Below are positions 52,201 through 64,000 of a stretch of 64,000 nucleotides of DNA, one piece after another (positions within the stretch are counted from its first letter, which is position 1; every line of letters begins with the position of its first letter). The position numbers and the translations under genes are program-made. Source of the DNA: Eledone cirrhosa (lineage: Eukaryota); NCBI GenBank assembly GCA_964016885.1, contig OZ024745.1:122078001-122142000 (forward strand). The letters are read 5' to 3'. The notes beneath the pieces were generated by a model. The model searched no databases. It had not been told where the DNA came from and saw nothing but the letters and a program-made list of their open reading frames with translations.

Positions 52201-52610
52201 GTATATATCCATACTGAATCAAATACACGCATAGATGCACACACATTCACACATATATAATCACTGTTTAACATCCTTTTTTCCATGCTTCCACATCGAG
52301 AGACAAGTCTGGATAGAATTGACGGGATTGTATATATATATATATATATACAGATATATATATATATATATATATTTATTAAAATAACAGATTAAAGTTT
52401 AAGCAAAGAATCGCTGCTTTCACCCTTAATGGGATCTTCTGTTCTACGGTTTTATATATTTTATATATATATTATCCTTGTCGAGCCCTCTTCTGATTTT
52501 AGTCTTCCCATTTATTATTATTACTATATATATATATATATATATATACACACAGGGAGATACAAATCAGGCTTTGTTTACAAACAGCTATCGAATTTGA
52601 AAATTAGATA

Positions 52611-52809
52611 GTAACATGTGCTTATGCCGTATTTGACTAAATAGAATTAGTCTGTTAGATGAGATTTAAAAAAACCCTCTGAATGGAAAAAAGGATGGAT
52701 TCGTATTCCATGTACGTCAATACTCGTCCTTTTTTCTATTCAGAGGGTTTTTTAAAATCCCATCTAACAGACTAATTCTATTTAGTCAAATATGGCGTAA
52801 GCACGTTAC
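52611..52809. mobile_element. foldback MITE, ~88-bp inverted arms
   Basis: tatttgactaaatagaattagtctgttagatg...ccctctgaat versus its reverse complement attcagaggg...catctaacagactaattctatttagtcaaata. Confidence 0.85.
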
Positions 52810-52813
52810 AACC

Positions 52814-52893
<80 letters not shown>

Positions 52894-53146
52894 TGTAGAT
52901 ACACATGTGAATAACTCATGTGTACAAGCACGTAGATATCTATTCTAATTATATAGGTAGGTATAAAGATAGATACAGTCAGGTCTAAATAAATTAAAAA
53001 AAATTGCATAGGTATGCGAGTATGTGCATGCAGGCGAACATTTAAGGGCACATACACAAGATATATATCCACAGGTGTTCTAATGGTTGCAGGCGGACAT
53101 CGCAGCTGTATGTCAGATTCCTACAGTACCTGTGTGTATTATGTTA

Positions 53147-53615
53147 TCACACACTCACACACACTCACACACACACGCACTCACACACACGCACTCACTC
53201 ACACACACACACACACACAGACACACACACACAGACACACACACAGACACATACACAGACACACACACAGACACTCACACAGACACACACACACAGACAC
53301 ACACACACACACACAGACACACACACACAGACACACACACAGACACAGACACACACACAGACACACACACAGACACACACACAGACACACACACAGACAC
53401 ACACACACACACACACAGACACACACACACACACAGACACAGACACACACACAGACACACACACAGACACACACACACACACAGACACACACACACACAC
53501 AGACACACACACACACACAGACACACACACACACACAGACACACACACACACAGACACACACACACACAGACACACACACAGACACACACACAGACACAC
53601 ACAGACACACACACA

Positions 53616-53665
<50 letters not shown>

Positions 53666-53700
53666 TACACACTCACACATACACACACACACACATGCAC
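53147..53700. repeat. long (CA)n/(CACAGA) compound microsatellite
   Basis: Direct inspection. Confidence 0.97.
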
Positions 53701-53800
53701 ACACCTATGCATATAGTCACACACATGTACATACATGCATACACCTATGCATATAGTCATACACATATATATATACGCATGCATAACCTACACATATAGT

Positions 53801-53834
<34 letters not shown>

Positions 53835-54012
53835 CTTACAAACATCTATACATGCATTCACCTATTTATATACAAGCATACACCTATCCACATACTAATG
53901 TATGTGGATATACATACTCACACATGCTCATATACATACACCTATGCATATACTCATGCACTCATATACTTATGCATATACACACACACATTTATTACCA
54001 TCTTTGTATACA

Positions 54013-54050
<38 letters not shown>

Positions 54051-54840
54051 ATTATTTTGTCCTCATGTTTAAAAGTTGTTAGCTGCTGGGACACTGCATT
54101 CTTTAAAACTTCCATGCTTCCTGAAATTCGCCAACACTACACCAGATATCTCCCCTCCATACACACGCACACACGCACACATGTATTTCATGACTCATAC
54201 ACTGTTCACTCTCCTGACATTCGTACATTATTCTATGTACTGTACATGCACCTTTGATTAGTTGTAGTGCACCTGAGCACTGTACACAATCATTTCATTA
54301 TTGTTATTATTATTATTTTATAATGTAGTAGGTAGTTTCATGTACTTCACATTAAGACCTACAATGACTTACCTTAAACGTCTTACACATTTTACTTTTC
54401 AATATATTTTGAAGAATAATCGCGTAACTTTCTCTACCTAAAGCAACATTACATTTTAGCTTCATGGTTTTGAATCTTATAACAAGTAATGGGCTAACCT
54501 TGAACAAAACGGCATCATCATCTTCATCATCTTCATTGATTTTACATCCATACTAGTATGGGTTGGATGGGATGTTTGAGAAAACGTTTTACTGTTGGAT
54601 GCCCTTCCTGAAACAAACCTTTTTAGTTGCCTCTTACAACATTGAGGGATACGGTACACCTATTCTACAAACCCAGATACATATGGCTTGATTATAATTA
54701 TTAGATGGTAATGCTAACAAACCAGTAGATTTAAGGTTTAACACCAACTTTGGTCTTTGGTTGAGCAGAGCAGAATTCAGAAAGTGCTAAAGTTTTTGGA
54801 GCTGATCATTAGCCATCTACTTTCTCTGTCATTTTCTACA

Positions 54841-55006
54841 GGGATGGATTGGCAATATTGGTAGAAGGCTGGACTCCATGCTTTGCAGTCTGAGTTCAAA
54901 TCCTGCCGAGGTTAACTTTGCCTTTCATCCTTATGGGGTTGATAAAATAAAAGTACCAGTAATGTACTGGGATAATTGCTGGCCTTGTGCCAAAAGAAAC
55001 AATTAT
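54841..55006 (+). mobile_element. SINE family A with TSD attttctacagg
   Basis: Consensus match plus flanking direct repeat. Confidence 0.85.
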
Positions 55007-55506
55007 TTTCTACAGGTATTGACCTGCATATTTTCAAGCTGGACATAAAGGATGTTGGCTTTATCAATCTCTCTATTCTGGGAAAGCTTGCAGGGGTTAT
55101 GGACAAAAGAAAAAGAAAAAAAACAATGATCATTGGAAATGTTAATGATGCTTAATAATGCATTGTGTATATTAGGCAGTGTAACACTATCATCTCACTG
55201 AACCAGTGTATTTACTAGGTGAGCTAGAGTGACTTACTTAACCCAAACTATATATTGATTTCAATTATCTTCTATCTATTTCATTCTGAGATAATGAGAA
55301 AATATTACTTTTAATGCTTTTATTGTTTGGCACAAAGCTGTAGTAATGATGCTGGTCAAAGATATATTTGTGTTTGACTATATTTATATACCATGCCAAA
55401 TTCAGTGTGACTATATATACCATGCCAAAATCAGTGCTGTGGGAACAAAACATGGTCCTTTGACCTGAATGTCTCACAACTAGCATGGAAAATGGAAGTT
55501 AAATGA

Positions 55507-55557
<51 letters not shown>

Positions 55558-55602
55558 CACACACACACACATACATACATATTTATACATGCATACATAC
55601 AT

Positions 55603-55666
<64 letters not shown>

Positions 55667-55811
55667 GAGGAGGCACATGGCTTAGTGGTCAGAGCATTGG
55701 CCTTGCAATCAAAAGGTTGTGAATTCAATTCTCAGACTTGAGCAAGACACTTTATTTCACATTGCTCCAGCTGTAGAAATGAGATGATAGGGACTAGAGT
55801 CCATATCATCC

Positions 55812-56472
55812 CACTGCAAAGTGGTCGTGGAGGCGCCACGGCAAAAAAGCACCCAGCACTCACTGTAAATGAGGTTGGTGTTAGGAAGGGCATCCAGCTG
55901 TAGAAATCAAGCCAGAATCAGTTTTCATCCTACCCTTGCAAGCAGGGAAAAGCGGACATAAAATGATGATGATGATGATATATATCATCACCATCATTGT
56001 TTAATGTCCATCTTCCACGCTAGCATGGGTTGGATGGTTTTGTCCCACTTGAGGAAATATTGGTCAGGAGACTCTCACTCGTACAGGACTGTTTCTGGCA
56101 GGTTTTTTACGGCGGCTAGATGGCTTTCCTAACACCAACCACATTTACAGTGTGGACTGGGAGCCTTTTTACCGTGTCTCCTACGCACTATTTTACTGTG
56201 TGGACTGGGTGCTTTTTGTTGTGTCACCTACATGACAAAATGCGCCCAGCCCAAACCATAAAGTGGTTGTGTAGGTGTCGCGACAAAAAGCACCCAGTAC
56301 TCATTGTAAATGAGGTTGGCACTAGGAAGGGCATCCAGCTGTAGAAACCAAGCCCAAATCGGTCCTGTATGAGCATGACATGGTCACCTGACCATGTCAT
56401 TGCTCACAACAGGATAACTCGTCTAACCCATGCCAGCTTGGAAAAGTAGATGCTAAACTGTGATGATGATGA
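55812..56472. mobile_element. three RTE-3'UTR-derived elements in alternating orientation (+,-,+)
   Basis: Match 5990-6249 (ttaggaagggcatccagctgtagaa...cccatgc.agc.tggaa...gatgat). Confidence 0.8.
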
Positions 56473-57229
56473 TTATATATATATATATTCATTTTATTAT
56501 CTAATACCATTATATGTATTTGTATGTACAAATAAAACCATCTCTCTTATTTATTATACTAAAACTCCGGGTGATACTTTACATAGAAAATCCTAAGAGA
56601 TACCAACTGTTGAGTGCCTTACAACTGTTTACCGATCTGTCCAGTTTGTTTGTCTATCAGCATATCAGGAAAAAATTATACATTTACTATATATTTTGTC
56701 TGAGGAGAACATGTTTTACTTTGTTATACGTAAAACTTTACATCTTTGAAATATATATAATGAAATAAATAGAGATGATATAAAGTATATATCTTTTGTT
56801 TATTACTATTATTATTATAATATATATATATATATATATATATTGCGTGTGAATATATATATGTGTTTATGGGGAGAGTGTACCATGCTTTGTTAGCTTG
56901 GTCATTAACAAAACTTGATGTAGATGAATGGTTTGTGAGTGTCTTGCAATATCAAGTGTAAATTTGATGAATTCTTCTTACTTTGAACAGCTTCCTGCTC
57001 AGACAAACCAGTACCAGTATTTGGTTAGTATATAATGCTATATGGATAATCCCCTTGTTATTAACTCTCCTCACCCACCAAACCTTTATTTATTTCTTAT
57101 TATAATCAAACTTCCTCTCATTATAACTCTCATTAATATATACCACAAATATTGTAATAAAAAATAAATAAAATGAATTAAAAGATAAAAACAAAGATAT
57201 ATTAGATTGAATACATATGAGAAAACTCA

Positions 57230-57922
57230 TCGCTAGAACAGCCATTAAAAAGGCTAAATGCTGTCAAAGACAGCAATGGGCAAAAATGCCTCAGAGGACA
57301 GAGACCAGCAGCCTGTGGTTAACAGAGAGACAATCCACTAGGTGGCTGACAGGCAGATGAAGTATAGAAAAGATTGAAAGAGGACAAGGAGAAGTGGAAC
57401 AGAAAAATAAATCTTTATTTATTTATTTTTCCGTTGCGCAATCCAGCATTTTAAAATGGTACTCTCAATTAAATCATGCAAAACCATTTTGTTGATTTGA
57501 GAGCTGATGAGGGTGAAGATAGGTGTGAGTGAACTTGTCTTGTACATCACCTTTCTCTATTTACTTCTTCCACTCACTTCTATGCACCAGCACATTTATC
57601 CTTGTCCTCTTCCTCTTTCAATCTTTTCTGTATTTCATCTGGCTGTCACCCACCTTGTGGATTGTTTCACTGTTGACCACTGGCCACTGCTCTCTGTCCT
57701 CTGAGGCATTATATTTTACCTTTCATCCTTACGGGGTCGATTAAATAAAGTACCAGTAATGCACTGGGTAATTGCTGGCCTTGTGCCTAAAGTAGAAACA
57801 ATTATATTTCATCTGGCTGTCACCCACCTTGTGGATTGTTTCACTGTTGACCACTGGCCACTACTCTCTGTCCTCTGAGGCATTTTTGCCCATTTAGCTG
57901 TTTTAATGGCTGTTCTAGTGAT
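57230..57922. mobile_element. large foldback element with a SINE inserted in the right arm
   Basis: 57230-57410 is the approximate reverse complement of 57555-57922; SINE fragment at 57715-57804. Confidence 0.75.
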
Positions 57923-58008
57923 GATTTGATTCATTTTTATATATATATATTCAAATACACTCACTTCGTCTCAATCGGAGAAAACATTGTTTTAAAAATA
58001 TAATACAC

Positions 58009-58057
<49 letters not shown>

Positions 58058-58679
58058 CACTTTGACTCTAATAGAATTATCTCAGGAAATTCTTATCATT
58101 TTGGTTTTTCTAATTTTTCTAATGATAGCTTTATCAAAAATATGTTATGGGGAAGCCACACAAGACGCTAGGCTTAATTTTCATACATGTTCTAGCTGTA
58201 GGCATTCAACATGTGTAATTGGTGAATCTCTAGATGAACTCATTAATAATATCTAACTATTATAAACTAGAAATATTTTATTCTATTCTGATTCTGGTGC
58301 TGCTTGTTTTGTGGGGTTTTTGTAAACATTTTTTATTTTTAGTATTTCTCTTTTAATATCAAGTATTCTGTATGAATGAACATTTGTCAAGAAAATGGAG
58401 AGTGAGTGAGAAGACGGAGAGAGGGGTGGGAGATTGAAGAATGTATTTGTTTTATTGCATATTTAGTGCTGGCCTGTAAAAAACAAATAGTGTGGTATAA
58501 TAGGAGCATCAAGTATGTCACACATATTTACTACAGTATACAAAAAAAAACCCCCCAACCCCCCACCATTCTCATCATCATCTCCTTTTTAGTATTGATG
58601 CCATGATAAAAATGCACCAAGTACTCTATGTAAAGTACTTGACAATTGAATGGTGACAACATGGGGTCTTAGTCTGTTC

Positions 58680-59170
58680 TGCACCTTTCGGCACATTGAG
58701 CAGTGACTGGTTGCAAATAGCCACGATCTGCAGTGGCTTTTTCGCATCTGTGCCAAGTGATGTTGATTGCCATCAGGTCTTTTTGGAACGTTTATCACCA
58801 GGTGATCCTGTGGCAACCCCGCTTTCGTTTGCTGCCAGGGGGAGTCCAGTCCATCGCTGTTTTCAAGTGTTGTTCGTTGGGCAGGCACAGAATATGGCCA
58901 GCCAGGTGACACTGGTGCTCCATGACCACCCTCTGCAGCGTCTACAACTTGGCTCTCTACAGGATTCCCTTGTTTCTCACTTGGTTGCACCAGGACACAC
59001 AAAGGATCCTTCGCAGGCACTGCCAGTTGGATGCGTTCAGCCGTCTCTCTATCTTTGCCGTACTCTTCCAGGTTTCGCTTGCGTAAAGCACTGTAGGTAG
59101 CCCAATGTTCTTGTACAGGTGCAGCTTTATCCTGTTGCTGATGCATGAAGACATGGTGTACAGAGGACTA
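58680..59170 (-). mobile_element. RTE-clade LINE C-terminal fragment
   Basis: IKLHLYK.I.LPTVLYASETWK......RRLNA..WQCLRRIL. Confidence 0.8.
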
Positions 59171-59506
59171 TTGAGTCATATAATCTCTCTGGTGCTGGTG
59201 CCATGATGAAATACACACAGTACACTGGTTCCAGGATAAACTGAGTACACTCTGTAAAATGGCAGAACATACAACTGTAAAAACCATGCTAAAAACTGAA
59301 GCGTGAATGAGACATAGTCTGTCAGCTTAACTAGAATGGCTATGACTTCAAATAATTTACTTGGATTAAAATTACTTGTCCAACCCATTCTAGCATGGAA
59401 AGTGCACATAAAATGATGATGATGATGATGATATATGTCATTTTGATTGTTGTCCCACATAAACAATATATCATTGCAAATCAGCAGTTTGATGGGTGAA
59501 AATCAG

Positions 59507-59636
59507 GAAGGGAACCTGTCAATGGAATACTGGAAGGGAACCTGTCAATGGAATACTGGAAGGGAACCTATCGATAGAATACCAGGAGGGTACCTGTCCC
59601 TAGAATACCGAAAGGGTACCTGTCCATAGAATACTG
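59507..59636. repeat. 26-bp tandem repeat, ~5 diverged copies
   Basis: gaagggaacctgtcaatggaatactg. Confidence 0.8.
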
Positions 59637-59823
59637 GCTCTAAAAGTCCCATAATATCCATGCCAGCATGGAAAAGCAGATATCAAAATGATGAGGATGA
59701 TCATGATGAAACATGGGATATAGTGTAATGAGATACTGTGTTCTTGGCTTCTCATATGTTCCCGTATGCTTGTACACATCACACACCCACACACAATTAG
59801 TAATATATATATATACAGAGATA

Positions 59824-59878
<55 letters not shown>

Positions 59879-60598
59879 GCAATAGAGAGATAGGTAGGTA
59901 AAGACATTTAATTGACTCTTAACATCCTGTTTCACATGAAACACCATTAGCCAGCATTCTTGAAAAGTACAAAGCAGCACTAAGACCACATCACATTAAA
60001 AATTAAAATCTTGGCTCTAATTCTGCAAATTTTCTCAATGATCTGTCTTCTAGTAAAGATTTACTAGTAAACATTTAGATTTACAAACAAGATTTTAGAT
60101 ATTTTCTGATAAATCATTATAAAATGCTAACAATTAATATACTCCTGTTCTCCAAACAACTTTCTATTCCTATTTTATTATTGGATAACTTCCTATCCCT
60201 TATTTTACTGTCCTCATATTTATAACCTTGAAATTCCTTTTCAGAATTTCTTTGATTTTCCATACAACTCTTGTTCAAACTACCAATGTTTATGATCAAT
60301 CTTTGCTACTAACAGAATTTCTATATTTTCATCTAAAATCAATCATGAGCCCTTTTATTTCTCTTCTTCAACCTTTCATTTACAGAACTTTGTGTATGTG
60401 TGTGTATACATATATATATATACACACACACATATATATATATAAACATTATTTTATGCCTGTTTCCAAGCTGGCATAGGTTGGATTATATGGAATGTAT
60501 GTGAGAAAGATGTGACTAAGAGGACAGTAGCTCTAACCTATGCTAGCATTGAAAGACATGTAAAATGATGATAATTATAATACATACAAACATGTGTG

Positions 60599-60638
<40 letters not shown>

Positions 60639-60999
60639 AATTTTACCAGTTTTAAGCTGGTAAGAACATTATTCAGCAAAGTACTCAACACTTGGTATAT
60701 TAGAGAGTTGGGGCCCCAATGGCTGAATTTGCTGTCAAAATGGCAAGAGCTCAGCCATCGGGCCCTGCCTCCCTAATATGTATGTATGTGTGTATAAATT
60801 GGTTTTTATTATACCTACTTCCAAAACGTTTCCTTTTATTTTTTCTTCAAAAGGATACAGCGCAGTGGCATGACATGAGTTTTTTTCTGCATATATTCTG
60901 CTTGCATTGTAAAAATGGTCTCCCATTCTCTTTGCTGAGGGTCAGGGGTCACAGACAATTACACTAATGATCTCTACTGGATCCTTTCCCCTCCCCCTG

Positions 61000-61290
61000 A
61001 CTCTGCATTTTGCCAGCGTTCTCCCTATCCAGTCTTTGTTGTCATCAGTCTAGCATTGCTTTTGTCTTCCTCTTGGTCTCCTGCCATCAGTGTCTCTCTC
61101 TTTAGGATGTGGATGCAGAGGTTCTGGGCCCTGATAACATGGCCAAAATATTGCAGCTTTTGCTTCCCTATGGTCGCAACCAACTGCTTGTCGGTTCCTG
61201 TCTCCTTCGGGACCAGATTGTTGGTTTTGTGGTCTGTCCACCTGATGTGCAGTCCCTGCTTGTAGCATGTTGTCTTAAAAGCAGAAGGCA
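61000..61290 (-). mobile_element. RTE LINE C-terminal fragment
   Basis: KQKLQYFGHVIRA...DGRRPRGRQK. Confidence 0.75.
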
Positions 61291-62023
61291 GAATCTATAT
61301 TTTCCAGCTCATTTGTTCTCCCTTTCTCTCTCTTTCTCTTTTTACCATCCTGTCTCTTTCTTTCTGTCCATATTGTTCCTTTCCTTTCTTCATTCTTGCA
61401 TGATTCTATCATGATATTGTGCAAATATTTCTACTTGTTATACATGTTTTGACCATGTCATGGCTACTTCAGCTGTGTACTGTATGCAAGTAAACATTTC
61501 TAACAGATGTTTTATATGCAAAAAGAATGTGTGTATATATATATATATATATGCATGTGTGTGTATAATGGAGACTGAATACATGTTTTTTCTCAAAAGT
61601 AAACAAATTCTCTTCTTTCCTCTTCTCACTCTCTCTCTTTCTATTCTATCTTTTATTTCTCAATCTATCTTCTGATGAAGGGCTAATCTCCAAATGTTTC
61701 TTTTTATACTATATCAAATGTTAAACTAATATATATATATATATATTTGAATTTCATATTTCTAAAGAAATACGGTATGTATATAAGTAAACATTCTGAA
61801 AGCCATAGTTATGAATATGCCATTTGCAGTCAATGCAGCCGAGCGGTGTTTGGCAGAAGCAAGGGGGGACAACTGTCGATGTATTTTGAACTCAACTGGT
61901 TCTCGTCAGGAAGGTCTCTCCCGCTCTTGCAACTGCTGGACTTTGAAACAGGCGAAAATATATAGTTTTTTCATCTGTGTAAATGTAAATGAGGTGATTA
62001 ATCTCATTTGCATATGAAGCTGT

Positions 62024-62245
62024 TTAACCCTTTAGCATTCACATTACTCTATATTATATTTTCACAGTAAAGGCTTTACCTCACATAATTATCTCACATA
62101 ATACTGAATCTATGAGATTTTTGAAAGTATTTATTTTGAGAACAATACCTTAACATCAGTTTGAGTGACCAGTTACAACCAGTTTCAACAGAAAAGGGTA
62201 GAGAATTCTGGCCGGTTTTGGGCGGTTTGAACATTAAAGGGTTAA
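62024..62245 (-). mobile_element. piggyBac-type MITE family 1
   Basis: TTAA-ccctttagcattc ... attaaaggg-TTAA. Confidence 0.8.
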
Positions 62246-62265
62246 GTTGGCTCAACTTAAAATGG

Positions 62266-62304
<39 letters not shown>

Positions 62305-64000
62305 CATACATACAGAAGAGATGGAAAAAATTCAGGAACATGAATAAGACAATAGCAGAGATAGTAAAGGTAAAAATGAGTGACTGATTACAACAAATAT
62401 GTAACACACATGCATATATTTTGTGTGTGTGTGTGTGTGTGTGTGGAGGGGGGGGGGGGTATTGACACCTAATAGTGCATTATCTTTTGTTGATATTATT
62501 TGCCAGTTGAAAATGTAAATTGACACATTAAATTCCTTATTTAACTGTTCCAGAAACTAAAATAGTTGTTTAACTGTCATGATGTCAACAGTTGGTTACA
62601 AAAGCTCACATTTGTTTTATTGTTTCTGAATTCATTGGAAAGTACCAATATATTTGTCATATAAATTGTTTTTTTTTTTTTCTCTTTTTACTTTTTCTTT
62701 TTTATTTGTTGTATTAGATTATGGAATGGTACATTTTGATTTAATTCTACGAGTAATCTGAGTCATATAACATGATCGGCATGTTCCTGTTTGGAATTAT
62801 GGGGTTTATATTTGAAAAAGAAGTAGTAATAATGACAAGTGTGTCCATGGTTGTGGAAGCATTCTGAATTTGGGGGTTGGGTTGCAGATTTGACCAATTT
62901 AGTTGTAGTGATTAGTCTAGCTCTTATCAAATATCAACCAAGATATAAAAAACTTTGATATGTGATAAACATAACATGTAGATAAATATTACATATAAAA
63001 ATAGATGTGTGTTTTGGTAGTTTGGAAAATATAATTATTGGGGGCGGGGGGTCCACCGGGTTCTATTGCCTCTGATGGTAATGGGTGGTGGTGTTATGGT
63101 TGAGGAGTGAAGGGCTTGAGAAGTAGGGATACTGATAGTGGGGGCAGTAGTGATAATTTGACACAGGGAAATATAGTAATTATTTAATAAGGATTTGTGT
63201 TGGCAAATATTTTTTTTAGTGTTTTAATTTCTTCCATATATGGGCAAATTTGAATTCACCAGCTAACAACCTGTCCAGCTGATGGAAAACAAGAATGAGA
63301 ATGATGGTGTATAATATTCATGTATTATAACTAATAGTGTTGATGATAACAGGATAAACATACCCTGTACACTTTGTAAAGTGGTTGTTGATAGGAAGGG
63401 CACCTAGTCATAGAAAACCTGCTAAACAAAATGGGTGGAAGGACCCTTCAGCTGTGTCAATGAAATAGCAGCCTCCCTAGACTTGGTAATATGTGGGACT
63501 GTATGTGAGTTGCAGGTTGCTGGCCCATCTAAGCCCTCAGTAGAGTGCAGGAACATAAACAAAAATGTTGGTTTGCAGCCAACTGTGGGGGTCACTAACT
63601 CTGTCTTGAGTAGCAACCCAGTCTACTGAGGACTCGTCCAAACCTTGCTAGCAGAGAAAGTGGACATTAAACAAAGATGATGAAGATGATGATAACTAAT
63701 CCTCATTACAATTTTACATGGGTTGGATGATTGTCTGAGATTAGACTGTTTGGAAAGCCACTTCTTGCTTTTACATTCCATATTTACCATAGTTTCTACA
63801 GCTGGATGCCCTTCCTAATGTCAACCACTTTATATAGTGTATTGGGTGCATTTTATCATGGCATTATCAATTCCAATTTATAGAATGTACTGGGTACATT
63901 TTATTATGGTACCAGCATTAAAACTTTACTGAGTGCTATTTATCATAACACTGATACTATGACATTACAGGGTGTACTGGGTGCATTTTATGGTATCAGC

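Noticed and set aside
53014-53799. Long His/Thr or Cys/Val ORFs (also 17151-18085, 46741-47132 and 55431-55728)
   Set aside because: These are translation artefacts of (CA)n, (TG)n and (TA)n microsatellites.
62718-62752. Possible micro-exon after a strong pyrimidine tract (tattag| at 62717)
   Set aside because: Donor sites are weak, there is no recognisable homology, and T-rich tracts are common here.

Overview
AT-rich, repeat-dense eukaryotic genomic DNA, most likely a coleoid cephalopod such as Octopus (inferred from its SINE/RTE repertoire, not proven). The window lies inside one + strand gene. Six frame-compatible GT-AG exons (6612-6756, 13728-13988, 21780-21963, 29833-29954, 37553-37645, 47278-49428; 2956 nt) encode the N-terminal part of an AKAP13/ARHGEF28-like Lbc-family RhoGEF: a DBB-like region, an ankyrin-like repeat, then a 2151-nt Ser/Thr-rich exon. 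The start exon and the DH/PH exons were not found here. Introns are filled with decayed TEs: RTE LINEs carrying a PHD-like finger, Tx1/L1, R4-like, Ingi/Vingi-like and CR1-like fragments, a Naiad-like Penelope element, maT (DD37D) and mariner DNA transposons, TTAA piggyBac-type MITEs, tandem Helitrons, tRNA-derived SINEs, foldbacks and minisatellites. The most notable unannotated signal is a set of short repeats carrying minimal type-I hammerhead ribozyme motifs. Three are clustered antisense at 23.8-24.75 kb around a second hammerhead family, and every copy seen on the host sense strand has a broken catalytic core. There are no prokaryotic systems or CRISPR arrays.
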